A stretch of DNA of 63,804 nt, the filler included, from Phoronis australis (lineage: Eukaryota > Animalia > Phoronida), in NCBI GenBank assembly GCA_002633005.1. It is 9 parts of 9 records of this genome, joined end to end, with 100 filler letters (N's around TTAATTAATTAA, not from the genome) between each part and the next. Parts side by side here need not be neighbours in the genome. Positions count along the whole stretch, not along the records: positions 38,121 to 45,222 come from NMRA01001563.1; positions 45,323 to 50,154 come from NMRA01001129.1; positions 50,255 to 55,563 come from NMRA01001220.1; 6 more parts are not named here. One strand, 5' to 3'. Positions 39,920 to 53,219 of the stretch are shown piece after piece. The notes under the pieces were generated by a model. It saw only the letters and a list, made by a program, of their open reading frames with translations, had not been told where the DNA came from and did not search any database. How positions within the stretch are numbered: the stretch's first letter is position 1; every line of letters starts with the position of its first letter. The position numbers and the translations under genes are program-made.

Positions 39920-40529
39920 GTATGTATATGTCTATGTGTTGGGGGGTCTTTATGAAAGTTATCGGTTGATTTGATAAAAATGTATAATCATCAAGCTCGT
40001 TTGTCTGTAGAGCCCGATTCATCATGACACTTTTTTGATTTGTGGAATGATGTCTCTTACTTTTGAGTTTCAATCCTAGTTGTCATCGCAGCATCGACCG
40101 ACTGTGAAAAGAAACAGTTTTGAGGGCAGAACTCAATGCACAATGTCTCTTTACAGAGTTTAAGAAAAAATGTAAATTATTCTAGATAAAATTGATTTGA
40201 TGAGTTTAGCTTCAGCGAGAATGCAAACCTGCAATCCCCCCGGTCAAAGTCTATCTCTCTGTTGGCGTAGCTATACCACACGCATTAATTTGCTGATTAG
40301 TTCAATAATATTTAACTGGTAAATACATGACCATGGTTTCACCTAATGTGTGGCATGCAAAGGCGAGAATTAGAAATTTCGATTTAAATCATAAAAGTAT
40401 TTTTTATTGGTATACAGAACAGCAATACAGATATGTAAGAAAGAAATCAAGCCATTCTCACCCTTAACATACACGCCACACGCACCCGCCCTCTCAACTT
40501 ACTTTTAGTAGGATGTTATCAGGCAAAAG

Positions 40530-41431
40530 TTATGGTTAGCCAGTTTCTCCAGGTTGCATGGTATTCATCTAAGTTACCATTATTTAATAAAATCCTTCTT
40601 TGAATATAAAATTCTCTTTCTAATATCTTAAGTAACTGACAGAAACTGGGGATTATTTTTTACACCTGGATAGGTAAATAAAATGTTTTAATTGCAAAAG
40701 TATCCAATTTAAAACTTTATTTTCATTACTTATGGGCATCCCAAAAAACATTGTTTTTGTCAATAACCATATTTATACCTTTTAACAACAACACCCAAAT
40801 GTGTAATTCTCCTGTCAATGTTTTTATATTATTGCATTCGAAAAAGATGTGATCTACTGTTTCACTTTGTGAATGACAGAAAGTACATACATCAGAGTCC
40901 ACCAGGTTAATTTTTCTAAAAAAAGAGTTGGTTACAAGTAGTCTATGGAATAGTTTAAACTGCAGTGTACATAATTTGAAGTTTTAAAAGACAGTGAATA
41001 TAATTTTTTCCAGTCATCACTTCGAAAGTTATAACCTTCTTTTTGAATTTTTTGGGCAATAGGCAAAATGTTGTTGTGGCAGACACTTTCATATATCATT
41101 TTACATATTGATGTGCAGTTTAAAAAATTACGGATATTAAAAGGTCTTATTGGTCCATATATCTTAATTAACTGCATTTGTAATGGTGTTCTCCTCAGAA
41201 ACGACCTAATAGACTCAATCAGAGAACAATATTCCAAAAAGTTTGTAGATATGATCAAGATCTTTTTGAATTCAGTAAATGAGTAAAAACTGTTATTTTC
41301 ATCAAGTAGGTCATTAATAAAAAGAACACCACCACTAGCATACTTGCTAAAGAAGATAGATTTTCTGTCTATTAGTATTTCATCGTTATGCCATAAACTT
41401 GTTCAGAGTAAATCGTTCGCGTCTTTATGGG
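40530..41431 (-). mobile_element. L1/Tx1-type LINE, degenerate ORF2 C-terminus
   Basis: LWHNDEILID..FINDLLDEN..SFTEFK, then DVCTFCHSQSETVDHIFFEC (CCHC knuckle) and LNWILL..KHFIY. Frameshifted; runs into an N gap. Confidence 0.8.
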
Positions 41432-42299
41432 NNNNNNNNNNNNNNNNNNNNNNNNNNNNNNNNNNNNNNNNNNNNNNNNNNNNNNNNNNNNNNNNNNNNN
41501 NNNNNNNNNNNNNNNNNNNNNNNNNNNNNNNNNNNNNNNNNNNNNNNNNNNNNNNNNNNNNNNNNNNNNNNNNNNNNNNNNNNNNNNNNNNNNNNNNNNN
41601 NNNNNNNNNNNNNNNNNNNNNNNNNNNNNNNNNNNNNNNNNNNNNNNNNNNNNNNNNNNNNNNNNNNNNNNNNNNNNNNNNNNNNNNNNNNNNNNNNNNN
41701 NNNNNNNNNNNNNNNNNNNNNNNNNNNNNNNNNNNNNNNNNNNNNNNNNNNNNNNNNNNNNNNNNNNNNNNNNNNNNNNNNNNNNNNNNNNNNNNNNNNN
41801 NNNNNNNNNNNNNNNNNNNNNNNNNNNNNNNNNNNNNNNNNNNNNNNNNNNNNNNNNNNNNNNNNNNNNNNNNNNNNNNNNNNNNNNNNNNNNNNNNNNN
41901 NNNNNNNNNNNNNNNNNNNNNNNNNNNNNNNNNNNNNNNNNNNNNNNNNNNNNNNNNNNNNNNNNNNNNNNNNNNNNNNNNNNNNNNNNNNNNNNNNNNN
42001 NNNNNNNNNNNNNNNNNNNNNNNNNNNNNNNNNNNNNNNNNNNNNNNNNNNNNNNNNNNNNNNNNNNNNNNNNNNNNNNNNNNNNNNNNNNNNNNNNNNN
42101 NNNNNNNNNNNNNNNNNNNNNNNNNNNNNNNNNNNNNNNNNNNNNNNNNNNNNNNNNNNNNNNNNNNNNNNNNNNNNNNNNNNNNNNNNNNNNNNNNNNN
42201 NNNNNNNNNNNNNNNNNNNNNNNNNNNNNNNNNNNNNNNNNNNNNNNNNNNNNNNNNNNNNNNNNTACTTGTTTACCAGCTTAACCACAATGCAACATT

Positions 42300-43296
42300 C
42301 TGACCCATTTCCAATATGGCGGCGTTGCAACTCCGCTATTGGGTTGCCTATTGTGCCAGTCTTTCTTCAAGATTCGACCCACAAAATTCAAGTACAAACT
42401 TATGCTCTTTTAGACAGATGCTCTAATTCAACCATGTGCACAGACAGATTACGCAACAAGCTTGGTTTGTCTGGCAAGAAAGACTGTATTGAGTTAACAA
42501 CATTACATGGTGATCGTATGACAGAAGAGGTAACAGTTGTCAGGACTCACATTTTGAATGGTGTGATATCCCAGACAGTCTAAATGTAAACATGGGTAAT
42601 CGTGTTTCCTCTGCAGATATCAAGCGTATGTCACATTTGAAAGGCATCCATCTGGTGGCCGCTGATGTGTCACAAGTGGACATTATAATAGGCGCTGATC
42701 ATGCCCACTTGTTAGTTGACTTAGAAATTCGGACTGGAAAGGAAGGTGAACCCTTTGCAGCCAGGACACCATTGGGCTGGACAATCTATGGTCCAACTGG
42801 TCCTGCCAAGAAACAAAAACAATGAACAATTTATTACACTGCTTTGGAAAGGCAGCTAGATGACCCTTTGTATGAAGAAAAATCAACAATGTCTTTGAAT
42901 GATAAAGGTGTCATTGCCCTCTGGGACTCATCTAGCCGATTGCAAGGCAACCAGCTGTCATTACCTATACCATTCAAAGAGAATCCTCCTAAAATGCCCA
43001 ACAACTATCCAATGGCGAAGCACCGGCTTGAATTGCTCGGGANAAGTCAGGGCCCTGATGTACAGCATCATTTAGGGACATCCCTGAATACCTGGCGGAA
43101 CAGTCATACACTATTCTCACATAGCACCGGCTTGAATTGCTCGGGAAACGTCTTTCCAAAAACAATGAGCTTCGCCAAAAATATTTTGAGGGGTTCCATG
43201 AATCTGTAAAAATGGGTTATGTGGAAGAGGTTCCCCCCGAAACCATGTCGTTTGACAAAGAGAAAACTGTATGGTACTTGCCACACCATCCAGTGA
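42300..43296 (+). mobile_element. BEL/Pao LTR retrotransposon fragment (protease to start of RT)
   Basis: LPIVPV..TYALLDRCSNST, VDIIIGAD..PFAARTPLGWTIYGP, LPIPFK..PNNYPMAKHRL and GYVEEV..WYLPHHPV. Contains stops and frameshifts. Confidence 0.9.
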
Positions 43297-44397
43297 CTCA
43301 TTTCGTATCGTGAATCGTAAATCGTTCACCGTATTGAAAATCGTATCTTGCCGTATCTTATCGTATCATATCATAAATAAAGTTTTATGAGCCAATGTTA
43401 CGGTATTATTATTATACGTGTGTAAACCGCTGGGTCAACAACAACAACAAGAGAGACATCTAATGTGCGTGCGACTGTACGCTACATTATAGTTAAACCA
43501 ACGATGGGTATCTGTGATATTTTTGAAGCAAGCAGCAGCCTCTCTCCAAGCAATATGAATTCTAGAGTAGCTAACAGAATATTTATACTGAACACAAGAA
43601 AGGTGGGCGAGATAACTCAAAACATGAAAACCCACAAACTTCCTCCAAAATGGTACATCTAGTTCCAAAACAATTCTCTGAACAAGGTCGCTGGTTCCAA
43701 ACCAATTCTGTGAATCAATCTGCTGGACTCCAGCAATGAACCCAAGTCATTACCAATTATGGCACAGGACAAACAAGAGTTGAGTAATTCCGATGGACAA
43801 ATAACAGATTATTGTTTTTGTCGGAAATGCCTCATCCCAAAGTTGACAGGTTTTCAAAGACTTTAAGTTACACAACTTACTTGCAAAACAAGGCACAATT
43901 GTTATTATAAACATCCCACAACTGGTAACAGACATGTGGTGAATCACTTCCCATGAACTCCTAGGAGGTTACAAATTTTGGTAAACAACCAATATCTTTA
44001 ATTAATTATACACTAGTCACTAAAATTGCATAACATTGCTTTTAGTTAGACTAATTATCTACAGCATCAGAAAATGTCACTAACAGTACCTAACTTTTGT
44101 TATAATTATAATATCTTTTCCTGTGCCAACGAGAGCCTTAAACTTATCGACAGTCTTCATGAACATCAATGCATAAGATTTTGCATACACTATTGCGACA
44201 CTAACTGCCATGTGCGTGTTGGCCTCCAATGACTTAAAGCATGATAATTAAGCTTTAGCATTTGCTTCATCATGATCTATATTAATAACGTGAGAGTTGT
44301 AATGAAATTCGACCAATATAAGAACGTGAGTACATTTGTAAAGGAAACGTGTGAACTTACCTTTTAATGTGCCTCTTTTTCATATCATAATTTCCAG

Positions 44398-44578
44398 TAA
44401 AAGATTGTAGCCAACCAACCGCCAACGCCAATTCCAACGTCACGGCTACATCCACCACTTACCAAGGAACAGCTACTTATTCCTGTGACGACGGCTATGA
44501 ATCGACAGGTGGTAACACTACTTACACGCCTATGTGGGTCTGACGGAGCTTGGACTGGAACTGCTTTGTCATGCACAA
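44398..44578 (+). pseudogene. Second Sushi/CCP exon, frameshifted
   Basis: cag/ KDCSQP..TYQGTATYSCDDGYESTGGN [shift] LTRLCGSDGAWTGTALSCT /gtacgt. Length is 181 bp, so the frame breaks near 44517-44521. Confidence 0.8.
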
Positions 44579-44954
44579 GTACGTACTATATAGTATTTAA
44601 TTTGCTTTTGTGCAAACCTAAAATATTACATAACAGTCATTGAGAAAAACTGGCAGTCGAAACGCGGGATCTCAATGACCGATATTTCTTCTTTAGACAC
44701 TGCTTGCAATTGATAGAATTTTCCGCCGCAGCATTGTTGAATAATTGCTTTAGTCATCTCGTTGTTCTCGATGACGACTTATGCCTTACAACTGTTTGAT
44801 CTCTCAGAACGAAGTGGTTATCGAACACAAACAACGGAAACAAAGTATTGATCAGGCCCATTTCTGGCTAAATCAAACAGTGGCAGTCTCTCATTTTTTA
44901 TAGTTCTTTTCTTTCTTCCTCCTGAAATGTTGTATTGTGCCTAATATTTGTTAT

Positions 44955-45222
44955 ATTTATAATATCTCCTTTCTTGTGCCAACGAGAGCCTTAAAGTTAT
45001 CGAAAGTGTTCATGAACATCAATGCTTTAGATTTTGCATACTCAATCGTGACACTAACTGCCATGGGCGTGTTGGCCTCCAATGACTTAAACCATCGTAA
45101 TTAAGCTCTACCAGTTGCTTCATCATGATCTATATTCATAACGAGTGAGTTGTAACGAAATTCGACTAATATAAGAACGTGAGTACATTTGTAAAGGAGA
45201 CGTGTGAACTTTTATGTTAATG
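44955..45222 (+). repeat. Diverged duplicate of the intron segment 44100-44365 (period about 853 bp)
   Basis: Collinear match from GTGCCAACGAGAGCCTTAAA (44123 / 44976) to CGTGTGAACTT. Confidence 0.85.
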
Positions 45223-46449
45223 NNNNNNNNNNNNNNNNNNNNNNNNNNNNNNNNNNNNNNNNNNNNTTAATTAATTAANNNNNNNNNNNNNNNNNNNNNN
45301 NNNNNNNNNNNNNNNNNNNNNNCCACGGTTTAACCCTGACACCTGAAAATTTTTTTGGGTGGCCCCCCACCCCCCCCCCCCGTCTACTACGTCCCTGACA
45401 CGTGTTTCAACCCATCTTTATTGCCATTAACCTTAGTGCAGAGGCATTGGAACTATTTTATTTGACTGTTGGCAATGTGCGGTATAACAAAGAGGCACAG
45501 CTTGATGTTAAGTGTTTAGGGCGCCCGTTGCTTGAAAGAGGCTCAACTCAATTAAGTTTCATATGTCTACATGTGCTGCTTTTCTGTGGGCTTGTGAAAA
45601 CACTGATTGTCCTTTCTTATGCTGTCTGAATATCATTACCAAGTCGATTTTTGGCTTTAAAACAAATCTAAAGTCAACTCTACGTTGAATTCTCAATGGG
45701 AAAGAAAGTAGGAACGTTTTCGTTCACCACCCCTTATGTAAAGACCAAGTTCCTAATTATTATGACTCAATTAGGGGGTAACATTTTAGTATAATTTTTG
45801 GAAAATGTCATTAGTCAAAGAGGAGTTCACAATCAAGAAAAAATGGAAAGAAAAGTGTAACATCTGTGTCTAAGGAAGGAAAGAAACACGCAAAGGATTC
45901 TGGGAAGCTTCTGGAGTCCCTTTTCGGGACCGTTTCATACAAGGCCCCCAGGCACTGAAGAATTAAACAGAAAAAAACGGGAGGTGTCTGGGTATCTGGT
46001 TTACGTTTTTCATTAAACGTGCCCTTGACGATTTGCAATGGACACAGTGCAGGATTTGAAAGAACTTGTACACATGTACGATAGACCCGACAAACAAAAG
46101 TGGCTAGTTAAAGTGTTTGATTACACGTACACTGTAGGCCTACAGCGCAAGTGCCGTGCAAGAGTCGTATTGTTAGGCCAGTGCCTTTAAAATCCATGTT
46201 TACGTAAAATTTCGGATACACGTTCAGTTTTAGGTAACATATATAACGCGAGTGGTACATGTTCAGTTAAGAACATGGAACTACTAATGTCGTAGACAAA
46301 GAACTGTACGCGCCCCACAATACGACATCGTACTATGGACGATCAAGGTGTGCAATTGGATACTTATCCATTTCAGGGACAAAACTTGCTATCATCGATA
46401 TGGTCGTTGAGTGTCTCAGAGACCCATAATCGTAGTGCTCCGCAATTCT

Positions 46450-47296
46450 TCATCCGAGCTTTTCCAACTGCTCTGCAACCTTTCGATTGAAGCATTCTTC
46501 TGTTAATGCCTCAATAACACTATCCCAAGTCACAGTTATTCTGCTCATGATTTTTATTGATTTTTCAAAGAAATCGTGTTTGGTTAAGAAATTAAAATGT
46601 TCCATGAGTTTTCGCACAAGCTGGACATCTTCCGGTGCGGCCTTTATGCCACAGAAATGAAGAAAAGTGCCCGAGTTTCCAAAATCGATAAGATGTGGTT
46701 TAAGGTTACCGCTGGACTCCAAGCTGATCATGACATTAGAACCACTGATGTCGTAAAGCACTATTCCCGCTTTGTTCAGTCGAGCAATCTGCTGAACCAC
46801 GTCTAGAAATAGTTCAACCCAGACGTGATCAGCGACCTTGTTGTCAGTGGCTGGCAGAGCCTTGCAGTTTTCACCAGCGAGTTCAAGCAACGTCTGTCCA
46901 TAGATTACGTCTGTGAGGAGCGCCCAAGGCTCGTAGACAACATCTTCTCGCGATATGGGAAAGAATCCGCGTAATGTTGGGCCACAGTTGTTCGAATTAA
47001 CCTTTATCAGTTGTACGGCTTCTCCGCTGACGTCAAACAAACTGCTGTCGATAAGCTTTCAGTGAAAAGTCTTTGCCGTCCTTTTGCACCAGGAACACAC
47101 GATTAAAAGCCCCGTGACCAAGGAGGAATGGTTTCCTGTGGTAGTACGTGTATTTATACTTGCCGTAATCTGGAACTACGTTCTCGAGTATAAATGCACA
47201 AGGCTGTTCTTCTGAGCTTATCTCGACGTCGTGTGATTGTAGTTTTGGTGCTGGGGACATTGTTGCAGGACTGCGAACTCGCTGTTTAATGAGCAT
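46450..47296 (-). pseudogene. Intronless atypical protein kinase, frameshifted near 47040
   Basis: Gly-loop LGHGAFNRVF and FSLKAY lie in ORF 47033-47296. The alphaC-like E, GIVLYDISGSNVMI and LIDFG lie in ORF 46450-47040. The C-lobe is very short. Confidence 0.75.
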
Positions 47297-47988
47297 GAAA
47301 AATTTGTCTTATATTTCTTGATCACCATCGGGAAGTTGGCTTGTTTTCTTGGCATTCTCATCGCGCGTTTTATTTTAAATTTATGGTGAAATGTCTTGAC
47401 ATAACCTTTAGAACGTAACAGCCTTGATGCGTTTGCACCTATGTTTCTAGTTGTCAGCTGTTTTCGTGCATTCTCTAGTTGACCTGAAGACACGGTGTTC
47501 GTGTTTTTCTTCGGGGGAAAGGAGCTTCTTTTACTGCTATACAAGTGGACAAGGGACGTCTTGGGTTTTAACATCAATTTATTGTCTCCTTTATTTTGTG
47601 TCCTTGGGTTGGACTCCCGCTTAGTATTGTTAACAATTGTAGTACCACGCTTATGCCCCATTTAGAATCTCAAAACACAGTTGGTAAGTTATATAAAAAA
47701 TTCAAGAGGCTGGTCGTACACGTACGTGTTGTGTCCACCTATGTTGAGCTAACAACTACCGGAGTCCCACAGGTTACATACTCTTGCAGTACGGAAATTC
47801 CAGTGATGTCACAACATTTCAAGATTTGGGACTTTAGTTTTCAGGTGCCTCAAGTATACATTTTGGTATTTCATACCACTAACTTTTTTCTCTTCCTGTC
47901 ACTCAGTGCGCGTGACCTAACCAGATCGTCTAGAACTACTGAATTTCGTAGGAGTGACGTCACACTCTTCAAGTCTGGGTAGAGTTCC

Positions 47989-48141
47989 GCCTCCCGTTCA
48001 GTAAGACTAGGACCTCGCTAAAAAGCAAGACTTCGCGAGATTACGTGAGATATTGTCGTGTATTTTAAATGAGAACACGTGGCTTTGACTAGGTTTTAGT
48101 TAGGTCCTAGCGTAGGTCCTAGCGTCTACTGAACGCACGCC
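47989..48141. mobile_element. About 150-bp MITE (same family as 36234-36386)
   Basis: Near-collinear match to 36234-36386. An inverted partial copy lies at about 48180-48253. Confidence 0.75.
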
Positions 48142-50081
48142 AGTACTTTGTCCTGCGGATGAAAAATCAAGCCATAATCACGTGTTCTCGTTTATAATAC
48201 ACGGCAGTATCTCACGTAATCTCTTGATTTTTAGCGAGGTCCTAGCGTTACTGAGCTCTACCCTGGTCTGCCAAATGTGATTACTTGCAGCTTACGAAAG
48301 CTTCCCCAGAATATGTAGGTTTGCCTCATACTATGATAAATTTATAGATCCTCGGGTTCATGATATAAAGTTGATAGCTCGAAGTACCAAAATGCTCTTA
48401 TTTCCGAACAGCTGACTTTAGCGATCAGTGAAACGCTAAAGCATAGAATGGTAGTTTGGGAAGACAGGTAAATTTAGAAAATTTCATTCCCCTCTCAGAG
48501 CCTCCTTTACGATCTGTCTGGATTGTGGTCACCCAAAAAATCCTATAATATGGATGTGTGGTAGATCATCGATGCATTGACGATTGAAAAATCCGTAACC
48601 TTGTTTTGCGGGAAGAATCCTCAGTAAGTACACTATATACTCACGTGTTTACTATACGACTCACTCACTGTTTGTAGAGAAATTTTTCAGATAAACTTAA
48701 GTTCTTAAAAAAATTCTCTTTGTTCTCAAACAACCGCACGGATAATGTGGATGACAAAACCAATGCGATGAAGTGCGCTGTCGTAAAAAAATACATTTTC
48801 CCGTCATGACCTGTGGGCTGAGACAGCGTCGGACTCAACCGTGAATATACATGTACAAACAACAATGGATTTCATGGCTGACATTGCTGAACAAGGGGTT
48901 ATTTTTTCATAATGGTATTTTATTTGGATTTTGATCCACATGTTAATTAACAGTAGCTGTGTCCAATGACATAGTCACTTTACCGATACATTTATTAACA
49001 TTAGACTTACTAACTGTATAGACAAACTAATTATAGTGAAGTATTATCTATAGAGTTGATTGTTCTCTACCAGAAATAGTAGGGGGAGAATGAGGAAAGG
49101 AGAATATTACCACGTCTAGATTTACGCTATTAGGCCTATGCATGGAATAACCTGGGTATTTTAAGGGTTCCTAGTTTTATAAAATACAGTATATTTTGTT
49201 TGCACTCATTGAAAACGTGCTCTTATTCATTCATTGCTTCTAAAATGTCCCAGAAAACTTGTAATGCACATATTTCCCAGTGCAATATTTACTCTTAGAC
49301 AATGCATAAGGACTCTACTCTGGCAACGGATAATGAAGTCCTCCGTCGCTCGTTGTTTCCATTTATGGTATACATGTATTTGACATGGATCCCGTGGAGG
49401 GGCATGCTTATGAGACCGGAAGTTTTGAATCCTGCTCACGTACTTTTGCGTTAGGCCGCGAGACTTCACGGAGTCGCGAATCTCTTTACTAATATCTATG
49501 ATTACATCACCTTGGGTAGGCATACAGGGACGATAGTACATCCCCATAAAAAGTTACGTATTTCAAAATACTAGAAATAAAATCAAATGAAACATGCATA
49601 TATGTACATGTAGTTATAATTAACACAAACCATAAGTCTGGAGACAATTCAGTCAAGATAACTTGAACAAATCGATGAAAATCTGTCGCGGTTTGCTCGA
49701 GTTTCTGTTACCAGGTGCCATTTTGAATAAGTTATGTGAAATCACGCAAGTGGACGAATAAAAAGTCCAAGGGACACAAATCTTATAAATTTCACCTGAT
49801 ACCTTCCCATGCTATTTTTCAAGTGTCACGTGCCAGCGTCACACGCTTTGCTCAGTCTGGCGCTAGCTTTTGTCTAACTCACGAGACTCAGTTGAAATAC
49901 TTTGTGGTTATCGTGCGTGTGGTGAAAAAGTTAACGATGACCAAAAACGTGGTGTTGGAATTCTTCTCCAAAGTCAAAGTCTCTTAGCTAAGCTTCATTG
50001 AAGATATGTGTAGAAGTAGAAGGGACCACTGTCTGAAGAAAGTAAGTGTTTTTTAAGTGATAGTTTTAAGTGTGGAATGTA

Positions 50082-50154
50082 TAGTCCGGTTACCTATTGT
50101 CGTCAGGCTCCAAAGGTCGTCCGCCATCTTGTTTCGCGTGCAGCGCAACCACGC
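50082..50154 (+). mobile_element. pogo element left-end fragment at scaffold end
   Basis: TA-TAGTCCGGTTACC..AAAGGTCGTCCGCC matches the starts at 5647 and 51857. Confidence 0.8.
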
Positions 50155-50925
50155 NNNNNNNNNNNNNNNNNNNNNNNNNNNNNNNNNNNNNNNNNNNNTT
50201 AATTAATTAANNNNNNNNNNNNNNNNNNNNNNNNNNNNNNNNNNNNNNNNNNNNTACTGACAGCCCCTTGCTACTGAAAAAGTTAAGGTTGATAAAAATC
50301 AGATGTGACATTCATTCAGTTCAAAAAAGTCATCTTTGTCATAAAGAATGTCTTAGTGGTGACTACACTATATAACTTCATTTTGAGAAACAGGCAATCC
50401 TGGAATACCACCGGTCAGGGTCTCAATAATCAGGCACTCACCATTAAAAGGCGCTACTGGTTACTGCCTTGATCTGATCTTAGGTTTAATGTGTGAAATG
50501 GAACTAGGGATTGACTAATAATTTACCCTAATTTATAAGACCACTCATAAGTTTTTAAACACAAACATAATCATTTTAAGATGTAGTCTGATGTCTGATG
50601 ATATATTATTGCTGACTGTCTGTGGGACACCCTGCTCTGCAGCTCCCAGGCTAGCCTTGTTAGAAAAGGCGGAGAGTTACTCAAGAAAATTACGTTTATT
50701 GCATTGTTTTTCAATTAAACGGCTGTAACGGGCAAGGTGAGTGTCAGTTGATACAAGTTTCACAGCGAAGTGACAGGCAGAACTACCCTGGCTGTGTGCA
50801 ATTTCGGTGTCTACGAAAGAAATACTCGCAGTGGTACCTAGCTTTATTTTTACGACAGGTAGCTGGCTGGCTACTCCCAGGCCAGCTGCTTCACATATTC
50901 TCACTCTTAAGACTACGTAACTTAC

Positions 50926-50986
50926 CCCAAGAACTGACAGACCCAAGCAACGAAAGGAAAACGACTGCCTCTGTAACATTCTTCAT
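50926..50986 (-). CDS. Putative signal-peptide first exon of an unidentified gene
   Basis: MKNVTEAVVFLSLLGSVSSW(G) followed by a phase-1 GTAAGT donor. Divergent from NDUFA11. No downstream exon identified. Confidence 0.45.
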
Positions 50987-51345
50987 TCTGAATTGATTCT
51001 TGATTAGCTACTGAATACACAGAGTTTTATAGGCGCGTTTAAATGACGTAGACTTAAATGTGAAATCCCATGTAAACAAGTGATTCAGCTGCAAAGCGGA
51101 AGTAGACGTGTCCTCAAAAACGTTTCCGGTTTTTGTTTAAGTAAGTAACTTTAAACTGTACAGAATCAAATTGAATACAAAGATTTCTGTCGTTATCGAC
51201 AAATTTACCAATTGCTAAAATAATCCCAATTTTTCCAAATTGTCTGTCGTTTGATATTTTTTTCTCTTTAAACTACTGTTGCATTCTGGGCATTTTTGAT
51301 GAAAGACTTCCGTTATTAAGGTTGTGTATAAAAATTTCATCCAAA
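50987..51345. promoter_or_regulatory. Candidate bidirectional promoter
   Basis: About 360 bp between divergent start codons, with ETS-like GCGGAAGT (about 51096) and TTCCGG (about 51124). Confidence 0.4.
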
Positions 51346-51445
51346 ATGCCAGACAAATTTGGCATGTATTCTTACTATGACACTCCTGAAGGACAGGATG
51401 GAGCCAAGAAAGCTTTGTATTTAGCAAAATGGGGAAGTTTAATGG
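51346..51445 (+). CDS. NDUFA11: NADH dehydrogenase 1 alpha subcomplex subunit 11, first coding exon (partial gene)
   Basis: MPDKFGMYSYYDTPEGQDGAKKALYLAKWGSLM(G) followed by a phase-1 /gtaag. The YYDxPxGxD..K motif is characteristic of B14.7/NDUFA11. Confidence 0.8.
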
Positions 51446-51856
51446 GTAAGATACTGCTGCAAACCATTTTATTGTATTCCTTCAGGTTCACCAGCCAGCT
51501 CTATCGGCATTGCCTGTTCTGATTTTGAGAACCAGGCAATCACTGAATAACGGGCGCGTTAGTCAGTGGATGAAACTGGTTCTCAAAATCACGGATGTCT
51601 ATATCATCTGACCAGTGCCGCTCTATCTCTCTTGAAACATTTCACACTCGAAGTCGAGCATTCTGAAGTGGCGCATGTTACGAAATTATAAGTGCAATTC
51701 ACTACTTGCACACTGTGGTGGCGCTGCAAAAATGATTGTTGTTTAGGACACAACGCCTCGTTTTAACATCCATTTTATCAATGCAAACGTGAAAGTACAC
51801 GGGTTCCAAACATACGGAACCACTGTAGTTGGGACATGACGCCTCGTTTTCAAGTA

Positions 51857-53219
51857 TAGTCCGATTACCTCTCGTCGTCAATCTCCAAAGGTCGTCCGCC
51901 ATCTTGTTTCGCGTGCAGCGCTGCCACGCGGGACTTAGCGTTCCAATTTGGAACGCTCGTCTGCACGTTAGGTACTAACCTCTCGGGAGAAACACGCATG
52001 GAAGAACTGAGACTAAAATTAATGCATTTACTGACTGTTTTTTTGAGACCACTTAAAAACTTGTTGATTTTACTAATGCACTTTTTTGTTCATTTTCAGA
52101 AGATATTTTCGAAATTAAATTTTCTTCAGACGGAACAAAAAGCAACCCAGGGATTGTTTATGCAATGTATCTATTTGTCCCAGGCACTAACCGACATCTG
52201 TTAGGCCAAAGGAAAAACGCAGCAGACAAATGGAACACGCTGGGTGCTTAACAGTTTCGGCCCACGCCTTGGTCATCAAAATATTGTTCACTTGTTTTTT
52301 TATTGCAAAACACAGTACTGAACTCAACATTTATGTTGAAAATTTTGGTTAAAGCATTTTGAATTTATTTGAAGAAAATTAAAATACTTGAATTGATAGA
52401 GAATGGCCACCAATAAAGTAAAACATTGACTTTATTTCACTATATTGCATTTGTTACATACAACACAGCATGACATAATCAAAAATAAAAGAAGAGATTG
52501 AGCAATAAAATTCAAATGCAACTTGGGTATTTATTTATTTATTTATGAATGCAGAAGCCTGTTAAAGATGAGAAAAAATCAAACAATACAATTATGGGTA
52601 ATTTATTAGAACAATTGTATCGAGGTTCAATGATCAACTTCCGCCTACCAAGTCTCAAAGGCTTACAGTTCTGTTTTGGCTGACAAGGTGTTAACAGAGA
52701 ATGAAGAGAAACTGAAAAGAAAAAGAAGGACAGCAGAGATAAGTGATGTTAAGAACAACAAGAGCAAAAAGTCAAATAAAGAGGTCACAAATACAAAATA
52801 AGTAAGGTCTGCCTGGAATAAAACAATTGTGATTTATTTTCCAGAACTGAAATTCTAAATCAATTTTAATCGATTTAAAAATCGATATCATACCAGTAAA
52901 ACAGTTTGTGGTTGAAGTAGAGTTGCTGTAAACCACTCTCCACTATTTTCTTGGCCTTTTTCTGTGTGGTTTTCTGTCCTTTCAAAAGGCGGCAGCACAT
53001 GACGACCATAGGTGTCATTATAAAATGGCTGCCGAAAACCAATACACAGTTGAACAACTCGGCTTAAGTAAAAGAAAACGTTTGAATCAACGAATACTAT
53101 GTATTTGTGAGAGTTAAATCAAGTCCTATTCAGATCATAACTTTGAAGTGGAATAATTGGGTGAGTAAGACAACAAGCCGGTTTTATGCTTAGGCGGACG
53201 ACTATAGGGTTTCGGAGTG
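51857..53219 (+). mobile_element. Internally deleted pogo derivative (about 1.36 kb), probably in an NDUFA11 intron
   Basis: TA flanks. Both ends are homologous to 5647-9713, with remnants of the transposase start (about 52550) and the lysine-rich region (about 52680). Confidence 0.85.

Noticed and set aside
41344-42583. Long ORFs here and at 31418-32285
   Set aside because: They are mostly X residues from N gaps. Only the BEL/Pao tail is meaningful.
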